Positions 62,956 to 64,000 of a stretch of DNA of 64,000 nucleotides are shown here, one piece after another (positions within the stretch are counted from its first letter, which is position 1; each line of letters opens with the position of its first letter). Where the stretch lies: contig OZ249436.1 of NCBI GenBank assembly GCA_965235115.1, positions 64,728,001-64,792,000 on the forward strand, read 5' to 3'. The position numbers and the translations under genes are program-made. Source of the DNA: Laetmonice hystrix (taxonomy: Eukaryota). The notes under the pieces were generated by a model, which saw nothing but the letters and a program-made list of their open reading frames with translations, had not been told where the DNA came from and did no database searches.

Positions 62956-64000
62956 GTAATACCGGGCTGACCTCCTCACTCGTGGATAGAGTAATACCGG
63001 GCTGACCTCCTCACTCGAGGATACAGTAATACCGGGCTGACCTCCTCACTCGAGGATACAGAAATACCGGGCTGACCTCCTCACCAGTCGAGGATACAGT
63101 AATACCGGGCTGACCTCCTCACCAGTCGAGGATACAGTAATACCGGACTGACCTCCTCACTCGAGGATACAGTAATACCGGGCTGACCTCCTCACTCGAG
63201 GATACAGTAATACTGGGCTGACCTCCTCACTCGAGGATACAGTAATACCGGGCTGACCTCCTCACTCGAGGATACAGTAATACAGGGCTGACCTCCTCAC
63301 CAGTCGAGGATACAGTAATACCGGGCTGACCTCCTCACTCGAGGATAGAGTAATACCGGGCTGACCTCCTCACTCGAGGATACAGTAATACCGGGCTGAC
63401 CTCCTCACTCGAGGATACAGAAATACCGGGCTGACCTCCTCACCAGTCGAGGATACAGTAATACTGGGCTGACCTCCTCACCAGTCGAGGATACAGTAAT
63501 ACCGGGCTGACCTCCTCACCAGTCGAGGATACAGTAATACCGGGCTGACCTCCTCACCAGTCGAGGATACAGTAATACCGGACTGACCTCCTCACTCGAG
63601 GATACAGTAATACCGGGCTGACCTCCTCACTCGAGGATACAGTAATACTGGGCTGACCTCCTCACCAGTCGAGGATACAGTAATACCGGGCTGACCTCCT
63701 CACTCGAGGATAGAGTAATACCGGGCTGACCTCCTCACTCGAGGATACAGTAATACCGGGCTGACCTCCTCACTCGAGGATACAGTAATACCGGGCTGAC
63801 CTCCTCACTCGAGGATACAGTAATACCGGGCTGACCTCCTCACTCGAGGATAGAGTAATACCGGGCTGACCTCCTCACTCGAGGATAGAGTAATACCGGG
63901 CTGACCTCCTCACTCGAGGATACAGTAATACCGGGCTGACCTCCTCACTCGAGGATACAGTAATACCGGGCTGACCTCCTCACTCGAGGATACAGTAATA
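62956..64000. repeat. 35/38-bp minisatellite, at least ~29 copies, running off the window end
   Basis: GTAATACCGGGCTGACCTCCTCACTCGAGGATACA, with a +CAG variant (TCACCAGTCGAGG). Confidence 0.97.

Overview
This is eukaryotic, almost certainly invertebrate animal, genomic DNA that is repeat-rich and gene-poor. I found no rRNA, tRNA, CRISPR array or confidently named host gene. The window is dominated by transposon remnants. These include a decayed AcademX-type DNA transposon (XPG/PIN-like nuclease plus Cys8 finger, 1.3-3.7 kb) and a 5'-truncated L2/CR1-group LINE with an uninterrupted 495-codon RT frame (19.2-21.0 kb, minus). There are also two older LINE RT fossils, a Tc1/mariner relic, and several MITEs (mariner-type with TA TSD, Harbinger-type with CWG TSD, and a TGT..ACA element with a 5-bp TSD). 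At least seven minisatellite arrays with 29-67 bp units are present, several of them inside or against transposon ends. The most striking structure is a near-perfect head-to-tail triplication of a ~1.44 kb segment with 1605 bp period (41.4-46.0 kb). Both of its junctions carry a 143 bp insert copied from about 10 kb upstream plus a stuttered 20-nt filler. Weak candidate host exons lie at 8.5-9.7 kb (minus) and 15.8 kb (plus). All comparisons were done by eye; no database searches were run.
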